From Planctomycetota bacterium (GTDB lineage: Bacteria; Planctomycetota; UBA1135; UBA2386): DNA of 64,000 nt. The stretch lies in contig JBGCDH010000024.1 of assembly GCA_045105235.1 (NCBI GenBank), positions 48,270-112,269 of the forward strand. The letters are read 5' to 3'. Below the pieces are notes generated by a model that saw nothing but the letters and a program-made list of their open reading frames with translations, searched no databases and was not told where the DNA came from. A program made the translations under genes and the position numbers. This document shows positions 34,294 through 42,565 of this stretch, piece after piece. The number at the start of each line of letters is the position of its first letter. Position 1 is the first letter of the stretch.

Positions 34294-35493
34294 ATGCGCG
34301 TCGTCCTGGCACTGTTTCGCTATTTTCCGCATGGCGGCATGCAGCGCGACGCGATGGCGACCGCCGCGCTCCTGCAGGAGCGCGGTCACGACGTGCGCAT
34401 GGTTTGCCACACCTTTGCAGGGCCCGGCACTGCTCCGCAAACGGGCACTGGTCCTCAAACCGGCACTGGTCCGCAAACCGGCAGCGACCGCGTGCCGATC
34501 GATGTGCTCAGGGCCGGCGGCCGCACCAACCACGGGCGCGCGGCTCGCTTTGACCGGCTGCTTGCGGAGTATCGCGCCCGCCAGCAACCCGACGTCGTCG
34601 TCGGCTTCGACAAGCTGTCCGGGCTCGATTTCTATTTTGCCGCCGATCCCTGCTTCGTCGATCGCACGCGGAACCGGCCCTTCGCCTACCGCTGGACGCC
34701 GCGCTACCGCACCTTTCGCGCCCTCGAAGGCGCGGTCTTCGCCCGCACGTCGACAACCCGCATCTTGCTGCTGGCGAACGCGACGGCAGCGGCCTATCGC
34801 GATGCGTGGCAGACGCCGGCCGATCGCTTCGTGCTGCTCGGGCCGGGCGTCGCGCGCGATCGCTGCCGCAACGATCGCGCAGCGGCGCTGCGCGCGGCCG
34901 GGCGACGCGAGCTCAAGCTTGGCGACGAACACCGCTGCCTGCTGATGCTCGCGGCCAACCCACACCTGAAGGGACTCGATCGCGCGCTGGCCGCCGTCCG
35001 CGAATTGCCCGAGGCAGAACGCGGGCGATGCCGGCTGGTCGCAGTAGGCGCAGGTCACAGCGACGACATGGCCGCGCTCGCCCAACGCGCCGGGCTCGGC
35101 GACCAGCTGATGCAGCTACCGGGCCGCGACGAGGTTCCACAGCTGCTGCAGGCCGCGGATCTGCTGGTCCACCCGGCGCGCCGCGACACCACCGGCACGG
35201 TGCTGCTCGAAGCCCTCGTGGCTGGTCTGCCCATCGTGTGCAGCGACGCCTGTGGCTACGCCGAACACGTGCGCGCGGCCGACGTCGGCGAAGTGCTGGC
35301 GCAGCCCGCAAACGCAAGGGCCTTCGCCGCCGCCATCCGCCGCCAGCTGCAGCGCCCGCGCGAACAAGTTGTCCAGCGCGCGGCGAGCTACGGACGCGCA
35401 CACGACCTTCACTCCATGCACGAACAGCTGGTCGAGCAGATCACGGCAGCGCGCCCGCCCCGTTCGTGTCGTGCAGCCGGTAGACGGGGATGA
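34294..35493 (+). CDS. waaG: Family-4 glycosyltransferase, WaaG (RfaG)-like LPS core glucosyltransferase
   Basis: Collinear with E. coli WaaG as I recall it: ALFRYFPHGGMQRD, VVVGFDKLSGLDFYFAADPCF, RYRTFRALEGAVF and AADLLVHPARRDTTGTVLLEALVAGLPIVCSDACGYAEHV. The last ~9 codons plus the stop lie inside MITE copy C. Confidence 0.85.
   Translation: MRVVLALFRYFPHGGMQRDAMATAALLQERGHDVRMVCHTFAGPGTAPQTGTGPQTGTGPQTGSDRVPIDVLRAGGRTNHGRAARFDRLLAEYRARQQPDVVVGFDKLSGLDFYFAADPCFVDRTRNRPFAYRWTPRYRTFRALEGAVFARTSTTRILLLANATAAAYRDAWQTPADRFVLLGPGVARDRCRNDRAAALRAAGRRELKLGDEHRCLLMLAANPHLKGLDRALAAVRELPEAERGRCRLVAVGAGHSDDMAALAQRAGLGDQLMQLPGRDEVPQLLQAADLLVHPARRDTTGTVLLEALVAGLPIVCSDACGYAEHVRAADVGEVLAQPANARAFAAAIRRQLQRPREQVVQRAASYGRAHDLHSMHEQLVEQITAARPPRSCRAAGRRG
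34424..34486 (+). repeat. 3.5 x 18-bp in-frame tandem repeat (TGTGPQ units) inserted in waaG-like gene
   Basis: ccggcactgctccgcaaa / cgggcactggtcctcaaa / ccggcactggtccgcaaa / ccggcagcg. Confidence 0.9.
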
Positions 35494-35545
35494 TCCGGGC
35501 TGCGAAGGCGTTCATCGCAAGGCGCTGCGACGAATAGGCAGAAGC
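35466..35545 (-). mobile_element. MITE-like element, copy C (partial/degenerate, one arm, same orientation as copy B)
   Basis: gtgtcgtgcagccggtagacggggatgatccgggctgcgaaggcgttcatcgcaaggcgctgcgacgaat aligns with the left arm of copy B. The distal arm is absent or strongly diverged. Confidence 0.7.
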
Positions 35546-35617
35546 CGCGCAAACGGCCCCTGCCAGGAACACCCTCCCTTGCCTACCACCGCAACGCTCG
35601 CTTGCTATCCTGCAGCG

Positions 35618-36865
35618 ATGAGCGACCCCCAAGCCGAACGCACGACCCGACGCGGCTTCTTGCGAAACTCGAGCCAGGCGGCCGTCGCTGCTGTCGTCGG
35701 CGCTCCCGTCGTCTTTGGCGCGCACCTGCCGGCGGGCATGCAGCCGATTGGCCTGCCGCAAGACCCGGTAGCGCTTCCGGGCAAGCAGGGCCTACGCGTT
35801 CTCAACGATCGACCGATCAACGCCGAAACGCCGGCGCACCTGCTCGACGACGACGTCACCCCCGCGGCCAGGCTGTTTGTCCGCAACAACGGGCTGCCGC
35901 CGCCGCGCGAGACGATCGCCCCCGCAACTTGGACGCTCGAAATCGGCGGCGAGTCGATTGAGACTCCCCGCACCTTCACCCTGGCCGAACTGCGCGAACA
36001 GTTCACTTCGCACACCTACCAGCTGACGATCGAGTGCGCCGGCAACGGCCGGTCCGAGTTTTCGCCGCCGGCAACCGGCAACCAGTGGAGCACCGGCGCC
36101 GTCGGCTGCCCACGCTGGACGGGCGTGCGCCTGCGTGACGTGCTCGAGTCGTGCGGCATTCGCAGCAACGCGGTCTACATCGGCTACTACGGCAAGGACC
36201 GCCACCTGTCGGGCGACGACAGCAAGCAGCCGATCTCACGCGGTGTCCCGATGGCGAAGGCGCTCGAAGACGAGACGCTGCTGGCGTTCGCCATGAACGG
36301 CGAGGAGTTGCCGTGGCTCAACGGCCACCCGCTGCGGCTGGTCTGCGGTGGCTGGCCGGCATCGACGTGCGGGAAATGGCTGCGCAAGATCGTGGTGCGC
36401 GACCGCGTGCACGACGGCACCAAGATGACCGGCAAGGCCTACCGCGTGCCCAAGCGGCCGGTGGCTCCCGGCAGCAAGGTGCCAGATGAGGACATGCGCA
36501 TCATCGAGGCGATGCCAGTCAAATCGCTCGTGACCTTTCCGAAGAGCGGCACCGTGCTGCCAACGGGCGAGTTGAGCGAAGTGCGCGGACATGCCTGGGT
36601 CGGCGACGGTGCGATTGCGGCCGTGCACGTCTCGATCGACTTCGGCGCAACCTGGCAGCCAGCCGTTGTCGACGCGCCGCCCAACCGGCTGGCCTGGCAG
36701 CGCTTTCGCACCAACATCCAATTGCCGCAGGACGGCTACTTCGAAGTCTGGGCACGCGCGACGGACCAGCAGGGCCGCGCGCAGCCCATGGTCGTGCCCG
36801 GCTGGAATCCCAAGGGCTACCTCAACAACGCGTGCCACCGGATCGCGGTGCTGGCGAAGTCATGA
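35618..36865 (+). CDS. sorA: Sulfite oxidase-family molybdopterin oxidoreductase (SorA-like sulfite dehydrogenase), Tat-exported
   Basis: ATG at 35618 gives the Tat signal TRRGFLRNSSQAAVAAVVGAP. IECAGNGRSEF Mo-cofactor Cys motif. C-terminal Ig-like dimerisation region (VRGHAWVGDGAIAAVHVSIDFGATW). Confidence 0.85.
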   Translation: MSDPQAERTTRRGFLRNSSQAAVAAVVGAPVVFGAHLPAGMQPIGLPQDPVALPGKQGLRVLNDRPINAETPAHLLDDDVTPAARLFVRNNGLPPPRETIAPATWTLEIGGESIETPRTFTLAELREQFTSHTYQLTIECAGNGRSEFSPPATGNQWSTGAVGCPRWTGVRLRDVLESCGIRSNAVYIGYYGKDRHLSGDDSKQPISRGVPMAKALEDETLLAFAMNGEELPWLNGHPLRLVCGGWPASTCGKWLRKIVVRDRVHDGTKMTGKAYRVPKRPVAPGSKVPDEDMRIIEAMPVKSLVTFPKSGTVLPTGELSEVRGHAWVGDGAIAAVHVSIDFGATWQPAVVDAPPNRLAWQRFRTNIQLPQDGYFEVWARATDQQGRAQPMVVPGWNPKGYLNNACHRIAVLAKS

Positions 36866-37383
36866 GGCTCTCTCAAAAGGTCCGGTCACGGCCGGCGGCC
36901 GGCTGCATGTTGGCCGCGGCGCTCGCCGCCTCATCGTGCAGCGACGAGACGTCTCGCAGCAGCGCCATCACCGGCCACACGCCCAGCGCCAGAACGAGCA
37001 GCGCCAGCACGAGCAGAAGCGGCACGAGCAGCAGCCCGGAGTCGATCCACAACACCGCCGTTGCCCACAAGCTCATCGAGGCCCCCGGCTTTGAGCTGGT
37101 GATGCAAAACTGCGTCACGTGCCACGGCCCGAGCCAGTTCTTGCAGCAACGCGGCGACCGCGAAACGTGGCTGGGGCTGATCCGCTGGATGCAGCAAGAC
37201 CACGGCATGGCCAAGCTCACGGCAGTGGTTGAGGACCGCATCGTCGACTACCTGGCCAGCCACTACGGGCCCGAAGACAGCGGCAGGCGCCCGCCGCTGC
37301 GCCCAGAGCTTATGCCGCCCAATCCCTATGCAGGCACGGCTAGCAGCCCCATCCGCAGCGGCCGTCCTGCCGGCAAAGACTGA
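36862..37383 (+). CDS. sorB: Monohaem c-type cytochrome subunit (SorB-like), lipoprotein-type signal and Ser/Thr-rich linker
   Basis: ATGA overlap with sorA. CVTCH haem-binding motif. AALAASSC lipobox-like N-terminus. SARTSSASTSRSGTSSS linker. Confidence 0.7.
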   Translation: MRLSQKVRSRPAAGCMLAAALAASSCSDETSRSSAITGHTPSARTSSASTSRSGTSSSPESIHNTAVAHKLIEAPGFELVMQNCVTCHGPSQFLQQRGDRETWLGLIRWMQQDHGMAKLTAVVEDRIVDYLASHYGPEDSGRRPPLRPELMPPNPYAGTASSPIRSGRPAGKD

Positions 37384-37482
37384 CGAGGCCGACCCGCCCC
37401 GAGCGGCGTTGCGAACGCCGACGGAGTGGCGGGGCCAGAGTTGCGAGCAACGGCCCGCGACAGGTAGCGTGCACGGGACGCT

Positions 37483-38559
37483 ATGACATCTGCCCTTGCC
37501 CCCCACCTGCTGCGCCTCCTCGGCGCCATCCTGTGCGCCGAGCTCGCTTGCCAGCAGACAACGCCGCCGCCGCCGCCGCTGCCGCTAGAAGCAGATTCCT
37601 CGCAAGCCGAAGCCACGCCCGCGCCTGCCCCCCGCGGCCGCTTCGGCAACTGGTCCGCCAAGCGCCCGCGGCTGCGGCTGCTGTGGCAAAACGACTCGTG
37701 GTGGACCGACAGCGACCGCTTCTTTACCAACGGAGCCGAGATTGGCGTCACGTTTGCAGCGGCAGACGACTCCCTGTCCTGGCTGCCGTTCCGCGGCGAG
37801 CCAACGGTCGCGACCCACGAGATCGCCATTGGGCAGGACATGTATACGCCCGAGGAGTTTGAAACACCGACCCCGGATCCCAACGACCGGCCCTACGCCG
37901 GCTGGCTCCACCTGAGCTACCGCCACGAGCTGCTGACGCTTGGCGCGGGCCGCGAGGACCGGCTCGACACCTGGGAACTCGAACTCGGCATCGTCGGACC
38001 GAGCTCGCTGGCCGACGACACCCAAATCCAGGTGCACGAGTTTGTCGACGCCCCACGCCCCCAGGGATGGGCGAGCCAGCTTCGCGACGAACCGGGCATC
38101 CTGCTGGGCTACGGGCGGCACTACCGGACCTGGTTTGACGACAAGTCATTCGGCCCGTTCGAAGCCGACTTGGTCGGGCAAGCCGGCTTCCGTCTCGGCA
38201 ACGTCGACACCAGCGTTCGGCTCGGCTCGACCGTGCGATTTGGCTACAAGCTTCCGCGCCACCTCGGCTCGGCAGCGCGGCCCGATGGCCCGAGTCCTCA
38301 TCGCGTCTACCTACAGGCCGGAGTCACCGGCAGGCTCGTCCTGCGCAACATCTTCCTGGATGGCAACAGCTACCGGCGCAGCCCGTCCGTAGACCGCAAC
38401 TTCTTCGTCAGCGAATTCCACGTCGGCGCCGTTTGGGAGCTGCCGAACAACCTGCGCTTTAGCGTGATCGGCACGTTCCGCACGCCCGAGTTCGATTCGC
38501 CGTCGACGCTCGGCGACCCGACCTACTTCACGTCGATGCAGCTCGAGATGTTCTTTTGA
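37483..38559 (+). CDS. lpxR: Outer-membrane lipid A deacylase LpxR-family protein (DUF2219)
   Basis: Signal peptide. Blocks QNDSWWTDSDRFFTNGAEIG, GQDMYTPE and DRPYAGWLH match my recollection of the LpxR family. C-terminal beta-barrel ending in F. Confidence 0.65.
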   Translation: MTSALAPHLLRLLGAILCAELACQQTTPPPPPLPLEADSSQAEATPAPAPRGRFGNWSAKRPRLRLLWQNDSWWTDSDRFFTNGAEIGVTFAAADDSLSWLPFRGEPTVATHEIAIGQDMYTPEEFETPTPDPNDRPYAGWLHLSYRHELLTLGAGREDRLDTWELELGIVGPSSLADDTQIQVHEFVDAPRPQGWASQLRDEPGILLGYGRHYRTWFDDKSFGPFEADLVGQAGFRLGNVDTSVRLGSTVRFGYKLPRHLGSAARPDGPSPHRVYLQAGVTGRLVLRNIFLDGNSYRRSPSVDRNFFVSEFHVGAVWELPNNLRFSVIGTFRTPEFDSPSTLGDPTYFTSMQLEMFF

Positions 38560-39664
38560 GCCCGCCGCTGCCAAGCCATTCGAGCAGCTCTGGCAGCGTG
38601 CCCCGAAAGGGAATATCGCGCTCCGACGACTCGAGCGCATAGGCGTAGTGCTTGTCGTAGTAGCCTTCGAGCAACAGCCGAATCCAGGGCTCGTGCGCCG
38701 CAACGCTATGCCAGTGGTCGTCGCGATCCGCCGCCGCCAGCAGCTCTAGGCACTGCTTGCTCGCAACCGGTCCCAGCCGCTTGCGCAGCTTCTGCAGGGC
38801 GGCCTCAAGGCCTTCGCGCACGTCGCGACGCGGGCGCGTCCGAGCCGGCTCGATGGCGTATTCCCGTGCGATCCGCTCGATCCGCTCGGCCAGCGGCGCT
38901 TCGAGAACCGCCACCGGCGCATGCTGGACACGACGCCACATGCACTGCGGCTGCAGAAGTCGGCCCACGTTGCGCGCTTCGTCTTCGACCACCGTGACGC
39001 TGGCGGGAGTCAGGTGCAGCGACAGCGCGAGTTCGTTTTCGAACGACGCCTGCGCCGGCTGGGGCTCGTTGCGGCCGCCGAAAACACTGCCGCGATGGTG
39101 TGCGAGTCCCTCTAGATCGAGCACATGAAGATCGTCGTATTGCGCGGCTTGGATCGCATGCAGCGCGTCCGTCTTGCCGGCACCGGTCAACCCCGCCACC
39201 ACCAGCAGCTGCTGCTCGGCCATGCGCTGTTCGAGCGAAGCCAGCAAGAATCGCCGCAGCTCTTTGGCGCCGCCGCGCACGCGCGGCACCGCCGCGTCGC
39301 CGAGCCACTGCCGCGCCACCTTGCTGCGGTCGCCGCCGCGCCAACACGTCATCGCGGTCGGGCGATCCGCGGCCTCGCACGCTTGCCGCCAGCCGGCGAC
39401 GCGCTCGCTGCGCACCGGCGCCGTCAGCGCAATCGCCAGTTCGAAGGCCGCCTCGGAACCTTGCTGGTGGTAGCAGGCGCCGACCTGCTGGCGCTCGCCG
39501 TCGTCGAGGATTGGCAGGGTCACGGCATCGGGTAGCTGCGACTTGGCCACCTCGACCGGCGCCCGCACGTCGATCAGCTGGTAGGCCGCGACTTCGCCGC
39601 CACGCGGCCAGACGGCATCGGGCTCAATCCAAGCTTCGGACAGTTCTGCGGCAGGTTGCGACAC
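38528..39664 (-). CDS. selU: tRNA 2-selenouridine synthase
   Basis: Collinear with E. coli SelU/YbbB as recalled: rhodanese LIDVRAPVE, active-site CWRGGDRS, P-loop GLTGAGKT, DLEGLAHHRGSVFG, QASFEN and LLEGYYDKHY. Confidence 0.9.
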   Translation of the reverse strand: MSQPAAELSEAWIEPDAVWPRGGEVAAYQLIDVRAPVEVAKSQLPDAVTLPILDDGERQQVGACYHQQGSEAAFELAIALTAPVRSERVAGWRQACEAADRPTAMTCWRGGDRSKVARQWLGDAAVPRVRGGAKELRRFLLASLEQRMAEQQLLVVAGLTGAGKTDALHAIQAAQYDDLHVLDLEGLAHHRGSVFGGRNEPQPAQASFENELALSLHLTPASVTVVEDEARNVGRLLQPQCMWRRVQHAPVAVLEAPLAERIERIAREYAIEPARTRPRRDVREGLEAALQKLRKRLGPVASKQCLELLAAADRDDHWHSVAAHEPWIRLLLEGYYDKHYAYALESSERDIPFRGTLPELLEWLGSGGLKRTSRAAST

Positions 39665-39924
39665 CCAGCCATCATGCCGAGCGCGCGCCCGTCATCGGAT
39701 GAAATCCACATTCATCCGTAGGTCCGCGCGGGTGCCGCCTGGAGCGCACCGCAAAATCGGCACATCGAGCAGCCGCGAGCGCGACACCGCGACACCGCGC
39801 AACTGCCGTCGCCATGGGCCCATGGCCGTCCTGCCGCGCCACGGAGAAGGACCTCGTCTCGCGACGAGACTTCGCACGCATCGCAACTCAGGACAAGCCC
39901 TAGGAACAGCCGATCCCCAAGGGG

Positions 39925-42396
39925 ATGAAATATACCCCCGCCGCTTTCACTCTTGGATGCCTGCTCCTCGCGGGCTGCGACGGCAGCAAGAGCCGCAGCA
40001 TAGAGGTCGGCGGCGTCGCCCTCGCGAGCACGGCCGGCGGGACCGTGCCGGTCGAGATTTGGCTGTTCGACTTTCAGTCGGATCCGGTCGACGTCGAGCT
40101 CTCCTACTCAACAGACGGTCGCCAGAGCTTCGAACCCGCGACCGTTACGTCCAACACGGCCGGACTGGCAACATCACCGTTGGGGCGACGCCACACGCTT
40201 GAGTGGGATGCCCTGACCGACTTGGGCGCACGAGCCTCGCTGGAGGTCAGCCTGTCCGTTCAGGCAACCGATCCGCTGACCGGCAACCGCAGCCTCGCCT
40301 TCGTCACGAGCTTCAACCTCGAGAACCTCGAGTCCGCCTCGGATCAGGTGGAGTCGTACATGATCTACTTTGGCCCGGTGGATGAAGCCAAGGTGGCCAT
40401 CGCCGAGACCCACGATCTGGTCATCCTCTACTCGTGTGATCCGACCATCACGCGCGCCGTGATCGCCGAGATTCAGGACGGCATCGACCCCGAAGACCCG
40501 CGCGACGACGTCATCGTGCTCGGCTACGTCAACGTGGGCGAAGACGAACGCACGATTGGCGTGAGCGATAACGATCTGCTGCTCGATCCGCGGTTCGTCG
40601 GCGACGGCACGGGCCCGCGCCTCGACCCACGTGGCCCCGGCGCTGCCGGACAGGCGCTGACCGATCTCGACCCGCTCGGCATCGCGTCGACCAGCGCCGG
40701 TTACGCGTCGTGGTTTCTCGACGACAACTCGCTGGAGTCGAACGGCGTCGGCGACGGCGTTCCGGATCGCAACGGCGTGACCGGTGCCTGCTACGCCAAC
40801 ATGGGCGACCCGATGTGGCTGGAGACGCTCGACGCCATGCAGTGCGCTTCGACCGACCAGCGCAACGGCTTCCGCGAGCTGCTAACCCTCGACTACGGAC
40901 TCGGCCTCGGTTGCGACGGTGTCTACCTCGACAACGTCGACACCTGCGCACCCAACACCTTCACCGGCCCCGGCGACCCCGACCAAGCCGAGTTTGAGTG
41001 GACGGCGGCAGGCTACACGGACATGGTCGAAGAGCTTCGCACGCGCTACCCAAGAGCGCTGCTGATGCAGAACCGCGGCCTGTTCTTCTTTAGCCCCGAC
41101 CTGCCGCACTACGCGATCACTCCGCGCACCAACCTCGACTTCGTCAAGGTCGAATCCTACCGGCTCGACCGCCAGGCCAGCGTCGAGTTCGACGACTTCA
41201 CGTTCGCGGACAACAAGTTCAATTTCGTGCCGAAGCTTCAGGCAGAAGCCTACCGCGAAGACGGTTTCCAGGTCCTGTCGCTGGGCTACGCCGAAGGCCC
41301 CGGCATCGACTACGACACGCTGCTTGGCACGTCCACTGCGGGACTCGCCACGCTGCAAGAAGACCTGTTTGAAGCGCAGCAGCTCGCGGGCTTCCGCCAC
41401 TACATCGCCGACAGCGGCGGCCAAATCGTGAATAGCTTTGTCCGCGAGCGCTCGGACTTTGCGGACACGACGCCGCCGGTCTGGACGAGCACGTTCAACG
41501 ACAACCAGCCCGGCTTTCCGACCCCGCCATTGGCGCCGACGGCGCGGGTTGGCATCCAGGAAGTCGTCCCCGAGAGTCAGGCTGTCACCGTGCGCTGGGA
41601 CGTGGCGCTGGACCTCAACCCGGTGACCTATCGCCTCTACTACCAAGAGCAGGCATTCGACTTCGCAGCGAGTAACCCGCTTGCAAACGCGACCCAGCTC
41701 GATCTCAATCCCGAAGTGGGCACCGGCTACGCCAACGGGACCAGCGCGACCGTCTACGCCAACGAGGCGACCGTGACCGACCTCGAAACCGACACCAGCT
41801 ACTGGTTCTGCATCCGGGCCTACGATTCGCAGGGCAACGAGGACAGCAACCAGGTCGCGCTCCAGGCCACCACCGGATCGCAGGAGCGGCTGATCACAAT
41901 CGACGGCGACTTCTCCGACTGGAACAACGTGCCGCGCGTGCTGCGCGACCGTCGCACCAACGGAACCAGCGCCGGGCCGGACTGGCGCAACATCAAGATG
42001 GTCCGCGACAACTTCAACGTCTACGTCTACTTCACGACGTATGAGGCCTTTGAACTCAGCGGCACACCGTTCGCTGAATCGCAGCTGAAGATCTACATCG
42101 ACTGCGACAACGATCCGTTCACGGGTTTCCGCTTCAGCAACGTCGGCAGCGAGCTGATGGTGCGCGGCGACGAGCTGGTCAGCCAGCAGATCGGGGTCGA
42201 AGATGCCGGCACGCTGCAGACCATCGAGATCAACCCAACGTCCGGCATCCGTGAATGCGAGCTGGCGATTCCGTTTGCCCAGATCGATGCGGCTGCTGGC
42301 CAGACGGCCACCTCCATCCGGATCCTCTTGCGCAACCAGGACGGCGACGACCTCGCTCCCGATAGCGGCTACTTTCTGTACCGCTTCCGCCGGTGA
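39925..42396 (+). CDS. Surface/periplasmic lipoprotein: Ig-like N-domain + GH114-like (endo-alpha-1,4-polygalactosaminidase-like) TIM barrel + FN3 + C-terminal beta domain (paralog 1)
   Basis: Lipobox LLLAGC. YVNVGEDERT and GCDGVYLDNVDTC blocks resemble GH114/GHL TIM-barrel hydrolases. FN3-like VTVRWDVALD...YWFCIRAYDSQGNED. ITIDGDFSDWNN C-terminal module. The CDS call is solid; the family call is tentative. Confidence 0.85.
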   Translation: MKYTPAAFTLGCLLLAGCDGSKSRSIEVGGVALASTAGGTVPVEIWLFDFQSDPVDVELSYSTDGRQSFEPATVTSNTAGLATSPLGRRHTLEWDALTDLGARASLEVSLSVQATDPLTGNRSLAFVTSFNLENLESASDQVESYMIYFGPVDEAKVAIAETHDLVILYSCDPTITRAVIAEIQDGIDPEDPRDDVIVLGYVNVGEDERTIGVSDNDLLLDPRFVGDGTGPRLDPRGPGAAGQALTDLDPLGIASTSAGYASWFLDDNSLESNGVGDGVPDRNGVTGACYANMGDPMWLETLDAMQCASTDQRNGFRELLTLDYGLGLGCDGVYLDNVDTCAPNTFTGPGDPDQAEFEWTAAGYTDMVEELRTRYPRALLMQNRGLFFFSPDLPHYAITPRTNLDFVKVESYRLDRQASVEFDDFTFADNKFNFVPKLQAEAYREDGFQVLSLGYAEGPGIDYDTLLGTSTAGLATLQEDLFEAQQLAGFRHYIADSGGQIVNSFVRERSDFADTTPPVWTSTFNDNQPGFPTPPLAPTARVGIQEVVPESQAVTVRWDVALDLNPVTYRLYYQEQAFDFAASNPLANATQLDLNPEVGTGYANGTSATVYANEATVTDLETDTSYWFCIRAYDSQGNEDSNQVALQATTGSQERLITIDGDFSDWNNVPRVLRDRRTNGTSAGPDWRNIKMVRDNFNVYVYFTTYEAFELSGTPFAESQLKIYIDCDNDPFTGFRFSNVGSELMVRGDELVSQQIGVEDAGTLQTIEINPTSGIRECELAIPFAQIDAAAGQTATSIRILLRNQDGDDLAPDSGYFLYRFRR

Positions 42397-42565
42397 TCGC
42401 GCGCGCCGCGAGCGCGCCAAGCACCATGGCATGGCGGCTTCGCACGCTAGCGGAACAACCCGTAGTTCGACTGAAGCAGCGCAATCGCCGGATTCGATGA
42501 AGGGCCTGGATCGAAGTCGAACGCTGCGGAAAGGCCGCATCGTCGTCGACGCGTCCACCTTTGCC

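Noticed and set aside
35252-35617. Upstream 122 codons of ORF 35252..36865 (sorA frame). Similar upstream extensions: 355..699, 2040..2126, 3535..3606, 14337..14525, 15160..15834, 42203..42565, 47393..47635 and 53298..53642.
   Set aside because: These are maximal-ORF artefacts. They overlap the preceding genes or the MITE copy, and internal starts give proper Tat, Sec or lipoprotein signals.
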